Origin: Candidatus Micrarchaeum sp.
Lineage (GTDB): Archaea; Micrarchaeota; Micrarchaeia; Micrarchaeales; Micrarchaeaceae
Length of the DNA: 32,000 nucleotides
Direction of reading: 5' to 3'
Assembly: GCF_016806735.1 (NCBI RefSeq)
Contig: NZ_CP060530.1
Coordinates: forward strand, 720,001-752,000
This document shows positions 16,278 through 24,907 of this stretch, piece after piece; the first letter of the stretch is position 1, and every line of letters starts with the position of its first letter. The position numbers and the translations under genes were made by a program. The notes under the pieces were generated by a model. That model was given only the letters and a program-made list of their open reading frames with translations. It ran no database searches and was not told the origin of the DNA.

Positions 16278-17017
16278 TAAGGAATTTCACCCATCTGGTC
16301 TACGGTATATATGTTGAACCCCCCGGAGGTTATTTCGTAAGGGGCCAAGGCCCAGCTGTGGTTTGTGCCGCGCATCTTTACCACCTCGGCTGTAAGGGTC
16401 CTACGGTCCTCCCTGCTCATCTGGTAGAGCATTATTATGCCGTCGAATATGAAGAATTCGGGTGAATATTTGAGCTTGTCCCTGTCCGCAAAATTTATCT
16501 CTACCGTGAGCAACGTGGTTACGTTGAGCCTGCGCAGGTTTGACATCAGCATAAGCATGGACCTGCGGTAATGGTACTTGTCCACAAGCATTAGCTTGAG
16601 CAGGGATATGGAGTCTATGACAACACATCTGGCGTTGTTGCGCTTGACTATGGCTTCTATGTCGGATATTATGTTTCCGAAGGAATAAGATGCAGAATCG
16701 CTTTCGGTCTGCAGCCTTGAGGATGGATCTTCACCATCTATTATTATCGTCTGGTTTTTGATAAGGTCGTCTATGTCCTTGAAATCTTTGAAGGCCTGCT
16801 TCACGTTGCTGAGCAGCACCTCTGGCTTTTCTTCTAGGGCTATGAAAGCCCCAGGTATTCCTGCCTTGGCGTTACGGTAAAGTATTTCGAATGAGAGCAG
16901 AGTCTTTCCGGCTCCAGGGCCTCCGGCAATTATCGTCTGATTGTGCTCCGGAATCCCTCCGTCAAGCATCGAGTCAAGGCCTTCTATTCCGGATTTTATT
17001 CTCGTTAGCTCACTCAT
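16277..17017 (-). CDS. single-domain KaiC-like (RecA-superfamily) ATPase
   Basis: IKSGIEGLDSMLDGGIP, Walker A GGPGAGKT, Walker B CVVIDS, 246 aa. Its stop overlaps the downstream start (TAATG sharing base 16277). Confidence 0.88.
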   Translation of the reverse strand: MSELTRIKSGIEGLDSMLDGGIPEHNQTIIAGGPGAGKTLLSFEILYRNAKAGIPGAFIALEEKPEVLLSNVKQAFKDFKDIDDLIKNQTIIIDGEDPSSRLQTESDSASYSFGNIISDIEAIVKRNNARCVVIDSISLLKLMLVDKYHYRRSMLMLMSNLRRLNVTTLLTVEINFADRDKLKYSPEFFIFDGIIMLYQMSREDRRTLTAEVVKMRGTNHSWALAPYEITSGGFNIYTVDQMGEIP

Positions 17018-17098
17018 TTTACCACGCCAAGATTGAATTGCAATCGCACATTTAAATAGGTTTTCAACGGAATTATCATTTATAGTAGGAGTGCCAGC

Positions 17099-17884
17099 AT
17101 GATGAAGCGCCTGATTTATATAGGCTTGTTGCTGCTAGCGATAAGCATAGTGTCGTATTACGCGATATTCTCTGCTCTGGCCAGCCCTACGAGCTCGGTT
17201 TTGGGCCAGAATATTACCAGGATTTACGACAACTACACCCTCAGCGGCAATGCGATAAATGTTTTCAGCTTTAACTCTACCCCTGACAATGCCAGCATAT
17301 ATCTCGAAAGGTCGGATGTACCTTTGGATGTGATCCTGCTGAACGGCACGGGATACGGCTTGTGGAGAACCGAGGTCAATGGTTCTGCTACGGCAACGGG
17401 CTATCTGACCCTGGCCAAAAGCCTCGAAGGAAGGGGAGCGGTAATAATATACACTAACATAACCAACGCGACCATACCGGTGACTTTTTCAAAACCTGTT
17501 TATTCCCAAAATGAATCGAATCTTTCCCTAGGCATATTGGGCGCGGGCAGATTCTACGTTCTGTCTGCCATCTCGCCGAGCTCAGCGGTAAGCAAAGCAA
17601 CCGTAAAAAGCACGCTGGCCGAGGGCATTACGCTGGGCAACAGCGCAAACAGGCTTAGCGAGTTCAGCCTTGCAGGCATAACGGTTACGATAATGCTAAT
17701 CGCCGGGCTCATAATAATATTGATAGGCATAATGAAGCAGGATAAAAAAAAGCAGAGCGAGGAGATAAAGCAAGAGGTCGTAGATAAACTTTACAAAGGC
17801 ATAAAGAATTCCAGCTCCGAAGATTTTGCTGAACGCAAACCCAAGCACAGGGCAGGAAAGGAAGAATCAGGCAGGGGAAAATAG
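17099..17884 (+). CDS. bitopic surface protein with dense N-glycosylation sequons
   Basis: N-terminal signal/anchor (LIYIGLLLLAISIVSYY), about 10 N-x-S/T sequons, a C-terminal TM (ITVTIMLIAGLIIILIGIM) and a Lys-rich cytoplasmic tail. Confidence 0.8.
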   Translation: MMKRLIYIGLLLLAISIVSYYAIFSALASPTSSVLGQNITRIYDNYTLSGNAINVFSFNSTPDNASIYLERSDVPLDVILLNGTGYGLWRTEVNGSATATGYLTLAKSLEGRGAVIIYTNITNATIPVTFSKPVYSQNESNLSLGILGAGRFYVLSAISPSSAVSKATVKSTLAEGITLGNSANRLSEFSLAGITVTIMLIAGLIIILIGIMKQDKKKQSEEIKQEVVDKLYKGIKNSSSEDFAERKPKHRAGKEESGRGK

Positions 17885-17962
17885 CCCGGACTGAGACGCC
17901 TGCACAAGCTATTTATACGTTTCCTGTCTATATGTAGTTAGACAAAAGCCAAAGTTGGTACT

Positions 17963-18655
17963 ATGGACGAACTTGCAGAAAAAATAGCAGGAGAGATAGC
18001 ACTGTCTGAAAGCCCAGGTAGCGTAATGAAAAAGTGGAGGGAGCTTTTCGGCGTGACGCAGGCCGAGCTTTCGGGAGCCATAAAAATATCCGCATCAACG
18101 ATAAGCGATTATGAAAGCAACAGGAGGCTGAGCCCCGGAGTTGCGATAATAAAGAGATTCGTGGGAGCGCTTTTCGAGATAGACGAAAGCAGGGGCAGCA
18201 CAGTCAAGGCAAGCCTGGAAAAGTTCGCAGGACAGCAGAAGAACGAGGAACTGCCATATATAATACACGATTTCAGCATGCCGATAACCGGCTCGGATTT
18301 CAACAGGATAATAGAGGGCAAGGTCATAGCCAACCCAAACCAGCTGGACAACATAAAGCTGTTTGGATACACGAAGCTGGACAGCCTAAGGATAATATTG
18401 GAAATGCAGCCTGCAGATTACCCAAAGCTTTTCGGCTCGACTACTGAGCGCGTTTTCATATTCCAAAACGTCAGCACCGGAAGGTCGCCGCTTGTGGTGA
18501 TAAGAGTAGCCCCGATAAAGCCAAGGATAGTGGTAATACACAACCTGACAAATATAGACAAGCTCGCGGTAAAGATAGCCCAGATAGAGAAGATACCTCT
18601 ACTTACGAGCAAGCTCTCAATGGAAGAGATCGAGGCAAGGCTGAGCAAGGTATAA
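17963..18655 (+). CDS. XRE-family HTH transcriptional regulator with an archaeal C-terminal domain
   Basis: MKKWRELFGVTQAELSGAIKISASTISDYESNRR is a classical Cro/C1-type HTH. A TATA-like ctatttatacg lies about 45 nt upstream. Confidence 0.85.
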   Translation: MDELAEKIAGEIALSESPGSVMKKWRELFGVTQAELSGAIKISASTISDYESNRRLSPGVAIIKRFVGALFEIDESRGSTVKASLEKFAGQQKNEELPYIIHDFSMPITGSDFNRIIEGKVIANPNQLDNIKLFGYTKLDSLRIILEMQPADYPKLFGSTTERVFIFQNVSTGRSPLVVIRVAPIKPRIVVIHNLTNIDKLAVKIAQIEKIPLLTSKLSMEEIEARLSKV

Positions 18656-18687
18656 GCCCAAGCTTATGAGTCGATAAAGCCAGGTTT

Positions 18688-19422
18688 TCAGCCCCACACG
18701 TCAGCATGGATTTCGTTCTGCGGAACATTGAGCTGCACAAGGGCATTTTTTATTGCCTGCACGAAAGGCAGCGGGCCGCAAACGTAAGTCGTCCTGTCAT
18801 TAATGTCAGGGGCAGCTTCTTTTATCATGTCGGCGTTCACGTGACCCGTCTTTCCTGACCAGCCGTCTCCCTCCTGAGGTCTTGTAACGGTTATAAGCAG
18901 CTTTATCCCAAGCTCGTCCTTGAGCTGCATGAGCTCGTCCTTCCTTATTATTTCCGTTGGGAACTTTATGCTGTATATTAGTATTACATCGGTCCCTGCG
19001 TTTATCTTCTTTATGTGCCTTAGCATCGACATGAAGGGCGCAAAGCCTGTACCTCCGGCTATGAAAAGCACCTTGTTGTTTTCTTCTGGGACGAACTGGA
19101 ACTGCCCATATGGCCCGGTTATCTGGTATTTGTCTCCTGGCTTTGACGTAGTAAAATAGGATACGTGGCCTCCGTGCTCCTTTACAACGTAAAATTCCAT
19201 CTCTTCTGAGTTTGGCTCAGAGGCTATGGAGAATGCCCTGCCTATGTAGAGCTTTCCAGTATCCTTGTCGATACCGGATATCATCGCAAACATCCCGGCA
19301 TCGAAATTCATAGTGCTTGAATCGACTGCCTTGAGCCTTACCAGCTGCACTTCCGGGGTTTCGCTTTCGGATTTCGTAAGCTCGTAAACTTTTTTTGAAA
19401 CCGGATATATCTTTCCTGCCAT
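18688..19422 (-). CDS. FNR-family FAD/NAD(P)-binding oxidoreductase
   Basis: RAFSIAS (the R-x-Y/F-S FAD motif) and LFIAGGTGFAPFMSML (NAD(P) motif). The track ORF extends to 19494, but ATG 19422 (MAGKIYPV...) avoids translating the AT-rich promoter. Confidence 0.85.
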   Translation of the reverse strand: MAGKIYPVSKKVYELTKSESETPEVQLVRLKAVDSSTMNFDAGMFAMISGIDKDTGKLYIGRAFSIASEPNSEEMEFYVVKEHGGHVSYFTTSKPGDKYQITGPYGQFQFVPEENNKVLFIAGGTGFAPFMSMLRHIKKINAGTDVILIYSIKFPTEIIRKDELMQLKDELGIKLLITVTRPQEGDGWSGKTGHVNADMIKEAAPDINDRTTYVCGPLPFVQAIKNALVQLNVPQNEIHADVWG

Positions 19423-19456
19423 TGATACCACTAAATCGAAATTTTTTATTTTCTCT

Positions 19457-19476
19457 TTTATATTAATTAATATAAA
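19457..19476. promoter_or_regulatory. perfect 20-bp AT palindrome (bidirectional TATA-like element or operator)
   Basis: tttatattaattaatataaa equals its own reverse complement (checked by hand). It lies 35-54 nt upstream of the FNR-like start at 19422. Confidence 0.35.
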
Positions 19477-19589
19477 GTGTTTGTAGCTTTGCACTGTATT
19501 TTCAGTTTATGTGCGCCGTTGCTTTTGGTTTTGCAATCTGGCAGAAGCAATGCGAAAACCTATAAATATTACATTTGCAGTATCATATT

Positions 19590-19605
19590 CGTTCCCAAGG
19601 GAACG
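19590..19605. promoter_or_regulatory. 7-bp-arm inverted repeat between the TATA box and the Shine-Dalgarno site of the 155-aa gene
   Basis: cgttccc-aa-gggaacg. It sits about 25 nt downstream of cctataaatatt (19559-19570), directly abuts GGTGA (19605-19609) and precedes ATG 19616. Confidence 0.35.
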
Positions 19606-19615
19606 GTGAATATTT

Positions 19616-20083
19616 ATGGTAGAAAGCACTGGGAGAAAACCCAAGAGCGCGGATTACAAAGGCACCGCAGTTGTTCCAGTTTCAGGAAACGATTTATACA
19701 ATTTGAAAGAGCTTGACATTAAAAAGGAGTATCTTCTAAATGTCGTGCTGCCGTTTGCACATAGCTTGGAGTCCAATCCAGTGGATGTTTTAGTTGAGGA
19801 TAGGGCTGGCTATGGATACATAAGAAGGCTGGTAGCCGAAGTTCTGCCGAGCGGAAGCGTAGGGCTTTACGACATAACTACCAAAAGGAAAGTTCCTGTG
19901 TCTGAGTACAGCATTTCATTCAATGAAGAAGGAAGAATATGTGGAGCCACGGAAGACAGGAATCTTGATGGAAAGCACGTGAACGTAGTTTATGAAGTGG
20001 ATGAAACGCAGGAAGGACACAGGAGATCTTTCAAAGCACATTCGTCCAGCGTTACAGTAAGCCTTAAGCAGGGCAACAGGTAG
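19616..20083 (+). CDS. hypothetical protein (155 aa)
   Basis: ORF with a GGTGA SD 7 nt upstream and a TATA-like box. No motif recognised. Confidence 0.7.
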   Translation: MVESTGRKPKSADYKGTAVVPVSGNDLYNLKELDIKKEYLLNVVLPFAHSLESNPVDVLVEDRAGYGYIRRLVAEVLPSGSVGLYDITTKRKVPVSEYSISFNEEGRICGATEDRNLDGKHVNVVYEVDETQEGHRRSFKAHSSSVTVSLKQGNR

Positions 20084-20183
20084 ATAACAAAGTTATACGT
20101 TGGATCCGGAGTGGTTGGCGAGGACATATTGGAAGAGATAAAGTTCCCGAACAACTTTGTACAGGTAATAACCTTACGGCCTG

Positions 20184-20546
20184 ATGAATAAAGACGCTAA
20201 AATGGTGAAACCAATGGCTAGGAAAAACAATCCTACGGAGAAAGGAGTTATGGAAAATGTCCTTAAGGAAAGCAATGCGAAAATGATATTTGACAAGGAC
20301 GAAATGGCAGTCATAAAGGATCTTGCAGTCAACAACAGCGACGCTTTGCGCGTGGTGAATGACATCATACTGGCACACAACAACGAGAAGGGCTACGTAA
20401 TGGACATATTGGATGAATTGCTTAAGAATGATTTTACCGGAAATTCCCTAATATCGCTATATGAAAACTGCGACAAGGACGTAGAGCTTCTCATATGGAA
20501 CGTCGAGAGTGAAAGGCTGGGAATGATGCGCAGAGAAGATCTCTGA
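20184..20546 (+). CDS. hypothetical protein (120 aa)
   Basis: ORF with host-like composition. There are several candidate Met starts (M1, M7, M11). No motif recognised. Confidence 0.6.
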   Translation: MNKDAKMVKPMARKNNPTEKGVMENVLKESNAKMIFDKDEMAVIKDLAVNNSDALRVVNDIILAHNNEKGYVMDILDELLKNDFTGNSLISLYENCDKDVELLIWNVESERLGMMRREDL

Positions 20547-20585
20547 TTTTTATATTCTTTCGCTTTTTGATTCGAAGCCCGTACA

Positions 20586-21887
20586 TCAGATGTACGAGCT
20601 TATCCTTTTTTGCATTATTATCTCTCTCAATAGCCTGCTGTTTGCTATCCAGTTCGCCGGCTTTATTTCCATTTTCTGGGATATGAACTGAAGCATTTCA
20701 GCAGTATCGTGGAGTATTGTCGGCTTTGTCTCGAGTGTTTCCCTGACGTGCTCCCTGACATTCCATACCCCAACTGGCATTATATAGCCTTCGTGAACCT
20801 CCCTTAATATCAGGGCCATTGCCTGTTTCTTCATGCCCTGCAGCTTTTCGGTTGTTGCTAGCCTTCCGGAGTAGTAGCAGCCGCCTATCTCAGCGTATGT
20901 CTTCCTGCCTTTGTAACCCTCGTACGAGCCGTATATTGATATGCTTTTACCGTCTGCATTCCATACCGTCTTTGGGTAGAAAGCTTCTATGGATTCGTAC
21001 TGCCAGGAGCCAGGAATCAGGAATATGAGCCAGCGGTTGTCAAGGGCAACGTTGTAGAAAGCGTGTATCGCGTCTATGCTCTCATAGCCCTTTATCTCTT
21101 CCCTCATTGTTTTTGATATGGTATCGTCTACGGCAGTTATGCTCCATCTTGTGGGCACGAACTTGCGGGAATTTTTCAAACCGAATAGCCCTGCTGAAAG
21201 GGCCTTCTGTATAGATGAAACTTCCAGACCCTTTTTATAAAGCTCGTTTATGGCAGTGGTGGCCTTGGCGTCTGTGTCGAAATGCATGGATTCTATCATG
21301 CGGTCGGCCTTGAAATTGTAGACCTTGAAATCGCGTATCTTGGCGCTTGGGCCGAAAGGCTGGGCTTCATCTAGAACTTCAGGCTTCATGAAGGGCTTAC
21401 CTGCAAACCCCAATTCCGCATCTGCAGGCTTTTCGGCCATTGCCAGGCTCTGGACAAATTCCGGGACGCCGCGCTTTTCCACGTCGTGTATGCTTGATAT
21501 CTGCATGCCACGTACCAGCTTTGACCTCATCTCGACTATCTTTTCTATGCCGAAGGGTCTCCAGCGCTCTGGCATGCCCATTAGCGACGTGTCCCCGAAC
21601 TCCGGAGGCACCATCGGCCCTATGAACACCTTTGGATATCCGAACCTTCCTATGAATATGTCGGTAGGTGAACTTCCAACTATCTCGCTTGATTTTAGTA
21701 TGTGCATGGTTTTTGCATTATAGTAATAGCGCAGAAGCGCCGGGTCGCGCATGTGAGCGTACGCTATCGCAGAGCGCTTTACAGGTATGTCCAACTCCGC
21801 TATCTCTTTTATTGCGCTATGCCTGTCAAAAGCCATCAAGGATATTTCCACTTCAATATATTTATCATTTGGGTTGGTCGTTAGCAA
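20586..21887 (-). CDS. Nre-like (DUF650/DUF651) putative DNA-repair protein with a C-terminal PIP-like box
   Basis: IGRFGYPKVFIGPMVPP and VPTRWSITAVDD resemble my recollection of the archaeal Nre family. The extreme C-terminus QKRISSYI fits Q-x-x-I-x-x-Y-I. The likely true start is M18 (21836), about 27 nt downstream of gataaatatatt. Confidence 0.65.
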   Translation of the reverse strand: MLTTNPNDKYIEVEISLMAFDRHSAIKEIAELDIPVKRSAIAYAHMRDPALLRYYYNAKTMHILKSSEIVGSSPTDIFIGRFGYPKVFIGPMVPPEFGDTSLMGMPERWRPFGIEKIVEMRSKLVRGMQISSIHDVEKRGVPEFVQSLAMAEKPADAELGFAGKPFMKPEVLDEAQPFGPSAKIRDFKVYNFKADRMIESMHFDTDAKATTAINELYKKGLEVSSIQKALSAGLFGLKNSRKFVPTRWSITAVDDTISKTMREEIKGYESIDAIHAFYNVALDNRWLIFLIPGSWQYESIEAFYPKTVWNADGKSISIYGSYEGYKGRKTYAEIGGCYYSGRLATTEKLQGMKKQAMALILREVHEGYIMPVGVWNVREHVRETLETKPTILHDTAEMLQFISQKMEIKPANWIANSRLLREIIMQKRISSYI

Positions 21888-21931
21888 CTTTTTTAGACTT
21901 CTTTGGGCAAGTGTCTACATATAGTGGTCTC

Positions 21932-23020
21932 ATGGCAAAAAAGCAGGATATTGGCTCCAGGCTTAAGCGAATCTTTACCGGGGCCGAGTTTGACAAGGCA
22001 ATAATAATAAATACCGGCTCAAAGGACAGCAACTTTTTGTATCTCAGCGGATTTACCAGCGGCGTTTTTGAGGACAGCGTTCTCATAGCAGATAAGAAAA
22101 GCATGACCCTGCTTACCAGCGTGCTGGAATACGACATAGCAATCGAGCAGGCTCCAAGCTCGATGGAAGTAAAATGCGTAAGTTCAGGAAAAGAGCAATG
22201 GAATGAGATAAAAAAGGAGATAGGAAAAGACACTGTCGGAATTGATTATGGATTCCTTCCTTACGGATACGCAATGGCGCTTAAGAAGAATATTCCTGGG
22301 GCAACTTTCAAGGATGCCACGGAAAGATTTGCAGACGCGAGGGAGATAAAGGACGGATATGAGATATCCCTAATGAAGAAGGCTGTTTCCATAACCAAGG
22401 AATCGCTCAGGGAGATACCTTCTTATTTCAAGGACAACATGACTGAAAAGGAGCTTAGGGCTAGGTTCGAATTCCTCATGGGAGAAAAAGGAGGCGAGGG
22501 ACTTGCATTCGACAGCATAGTCTCATTTGGGCAGAATGCTGCACTGCCGCACCATATGCCTGACGAAACCAAGCTAAAGGCGAATGAATTTGTTCTTTTG
22601 GATGTTGGCGCAAGGTATCAAAATTATTGCGCAGACGTTACGAGGACGTTCCTCTTCAAGCCGGACAAATCCACAATGAAGTACAAGCGCATGGAAGCCA
22701 TAATCGATACAGTAAAGGAAGCGCAGGCCCTGGGCTTGAGCTATGTCAAGGACGGCGCTGACGGAATGACAGCGCATACAGAGGTCTCGAAATTCATAGA
22801 CAGCGCAAGGAACGGAATTTACAAGGGGCGCTTCATACACTCTCTGGGCCACCAGGTCGGGATAGACGTGCACGATGGAACCGGATTGACTACCAGAAGC
22901 AAAGTGTTGAAGAAGGGAATGGTGGTAAGCGACGAGCCGGGAATATACATAACTGGGTTCGGCGGTGCGAGATTCGAGGACGACGTCCTTGTAGGCAAGG
23001 GCCATTCATCATTTCTTTGA
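21932..23020 (+). CDS. M24-family Xaa-Pro aminopeptidase/dipeptidase
   Basis: Metal-ligand motifs LLDVGARYQNYCADVTRTF, HSLGHQVGIDVHD, SDEPGIY and ARFEDDVLV. The track ORF (21668) runs antisense through the Nre-like gene. ATG 21932 (MAKKQDIG...) is the sensible start. Confidence 0.9.
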   Translation: MAKKQDIGSRLKRIFTGAEFDKAIIINTGSKDSNFLYLSGFTSGVFEDSVLIADKKSMTLLTSVLEYDIAIEQAPSSMEVKCVSSGKEQWNEIKKEIGKDTVGIDYGFLPYGYAMALKKNIPGATFKDATERFADAREIKDGYEISLMKKAVSITKESLREIPSYFKDNMTEKELRARFEFLMGEKGGEGLAFDSIVSFGQNAALPHHMPDETKLKANEFVLLDVGARYQNYCADVTRTFLFKPDKSTMKYKRMEAIIDTVKEAQALGLSYVKDGADGMTAHTEVSKFIDSARNGIYKGRFIHSLGHQVGIDVHDGTGLTTRSKVLKKGMVVSDEPGIYITGFGGARFEDDVLVGKGHSSFL

Positions 23021-24907
23021 GCTTTTTGACAGCCTTGCAATTATCCCGTTCAGCTCAGAGCCGTCGACATTTAGCCTGTGCTCTGACATGAATGACTTTA
23101 TGAAAAGCGGCAGCGCGTTCCTGTCAGAAAGGTCTTTTCCCTTTAGCTCTTTTGAAACCATTTCTTCAAGCTTCTTTCCGGTAATCCTGCCCAAAGCGTT
23201 CGCCTTTATTATTTCAGTTATGGCAGCTTTTGGCTCTTTTGCTGCGAGCCTGAGCAGCTGCTCTACCGCTTGCTTGGCAACTGCGCCTTCGGAAAACATC
23301 TCGAATATCTGCTTTATCCTTTCATTGCCTATTGATTCCACGTCCACTCCGTCGCGTTGCAGCTCCCTGAACTTCTGAAGCAGAATGTTGGCAACGAATT
23401 GCTTGTCTATCGAAGCGTTTTTTGTAATTTCCCTGTAGAGAGGCAGCTCCGTTGAAAGCATCATGCGCTCGGCCATATCCTCTGAGCCAAACTCAGATTT
23501 TAGCTTTGAGCGCTCCTCTTCCACGCTTATCCTGCGCTCTTGCGCAGAAACAAGCATTTCATCCGATACATATATCGGCTTGATGTCAGTCTCGGGGTAC
23601 ATCCTTGAGCCCCCTGGCAGCGGCCTCATGAACCTCGTGGTATAAAGTTCCCTGTTATCTACAGCTCTGGTCTCAGGAGGTATTATTTCCATAGCCATTT
23701 TTGCCCTTTCCATTGCGAGCCTTAGCGCTTTTTCAGCTATATCGGCTTTTGCGGCAACCATTATGAAGGAATCGCCATCGGAAAGCGATAGCCTTTTTCT
23801 TATTTCCGCCAATTCGCTTTCATTTATGCTGTATTTCCCCATGTCCTCATCGCTATGTATTATCCCCTTAACTCCGGCCATTTTGGCGTAATCGCTTATC
23901 TCGCTTCCAAGCCTCCTGCCAGGATTGACCTCCATGCCTATTGCTCCATTGAAATTCTTGAGCTTGAATCCGAATACTGAACCACCTGACTTCAATGAAG
24001 AAAGTATGAGTTTCGATTCAGTTGAAGCGAATATTTCAGTCAAATCGATTTGGCTTTCAGAGACTTCTGCATTTCTCGATTTCAGGAGTTTTGCGATTTC
24101 CAGGAGCTTTTGCTGGCGTACTACCTCGTTCTCTATGTACTTGTCCATATCTGCAAGCTCTTGCAGCCCTTTTATCTCTATTCGCGAGCCGCCTTTTATC
24201 GAAACGTTTACATCCTGCCTTATGGAGCCTATGCCCCTTTGCACAAGGCCAGTGAGCCTGAGAAGCGTCCCTATGTGCAGTGCCACTGATTTCGCTTCCT
24301 TTGGCGTTCTTATATACGGAAACGTGTCTATCTCTATCAATGGTATGCCAATCCTAGAAGTATCATATTCAGCATAAGATTCGGCATTCTTTATTATGCC
24401 TGCGCTCTCCTCTTCCAGAAACATGGAGGGAACGTCTATGCCATTGCCGTTGACGCTTATTCGCCCATTAAGGCCGACCAGGGTGCTCCTTTGGAATGCG
24501 CTGGGATTGCTCCCGTCAACTACCTCTTTTCTCATAGGCTCCAGCTCTGCCGGAACCTTCATTTCCATGGATGCTGCAAGTTGCAGCGCTATTTCAAGCG
24601 CATCTCTGTTAATTGTATGTGGCGGCTCTTCGTCTATATCAACAAGGCACGCATGCACGTCGTTGAGCTTGTACATGAAGCTCCTGTCTTTAAGCTCCTC
24701 AAACTTTGCCGATCTGTCTATTTCTCCCAGTTCACCCGCAACCGCACGCTGATGCCTTATGACATCGTGCCTTGGCGGCAATTCGTCAAGTATTGCGCTG
24801 CAACTGCAGAACAGCTTTTCTGCCGTTGCTAGCCTTTGATGTATCTCTAGCCCGCACATGAAGCCCAGGCTTTTGTAGTATGCTTCGTCATGCATTTTAT
24901 CGCTCAT
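23009..24907 (-). CDS. gatE: Glu-tRNA(Gln) amidotransferase subunit E
   Basis: 632 aa with an N-terminal GLEIHQRL motif and GatB/E architecture. ATGA overlap with the gatD stop. Confidence 0.95.
   Translation of the reverse strand: MSDKMHDEAYYKSLGFMCGLEIHQRLATAEKLFCSCSAILDELPPRHDVIRHQRAVAGELGEIDRSAKFEELKDRSFMYKLNDVHACLVDIDEEPPHTINRDALEIALQLAASMEMKVPAELEPMRKEVVDGSNPSAFQRSTLVGLNGRISVNGNGIDVPSMFLEEESAGIIKNAESYAEYDTSRIGIPLIEIDTFPYIRTPKEAKSVALHIGTLLRLTGLVQRGIGSIRQDVNVSIKGGSRIEIKGLQELADMDKYIENEVVRQQKLLEIAKLLKSRNAEVSESQIDLTEIFASTESKLILSSLKSGGSVFGFKLKNFNGAIGMEVNPGRRLGSEISDYAKMAGVKGIIHSDEDMGKYSINESELAEIRKRLSLSDGDSFIMVAAKADIAEKALRLAMERAKMAMEIIPPETRAVDNRELYTTRFMRPLPGGSRMYPETDIKPIYVSDEMLVSAQERRISVEEERSKLKSEFGSEDMAERMMLSTELPLYREITKNASIDKQFVANILLQKFRELQRDGVDVESIGNERIKQIFEMFSEGAVAKQAVEQLLRLAAKEPKAAITEIIKANALGRITGKKLEEMVSKELKGKDLSDRNALPLFIKSFMSEHRLNVDGSELNGIIARLSKSSKK

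Noticed and set aside
21668-21931. An 88-codon N-terminal extension of the M24 peptidase ORF in the track.
   Set aside because: It runs antisense through the Nre-like gene and its promoter. The peptidase homology begins at MAKKQDIG (ATG 21932). The extension has no protein-like features.
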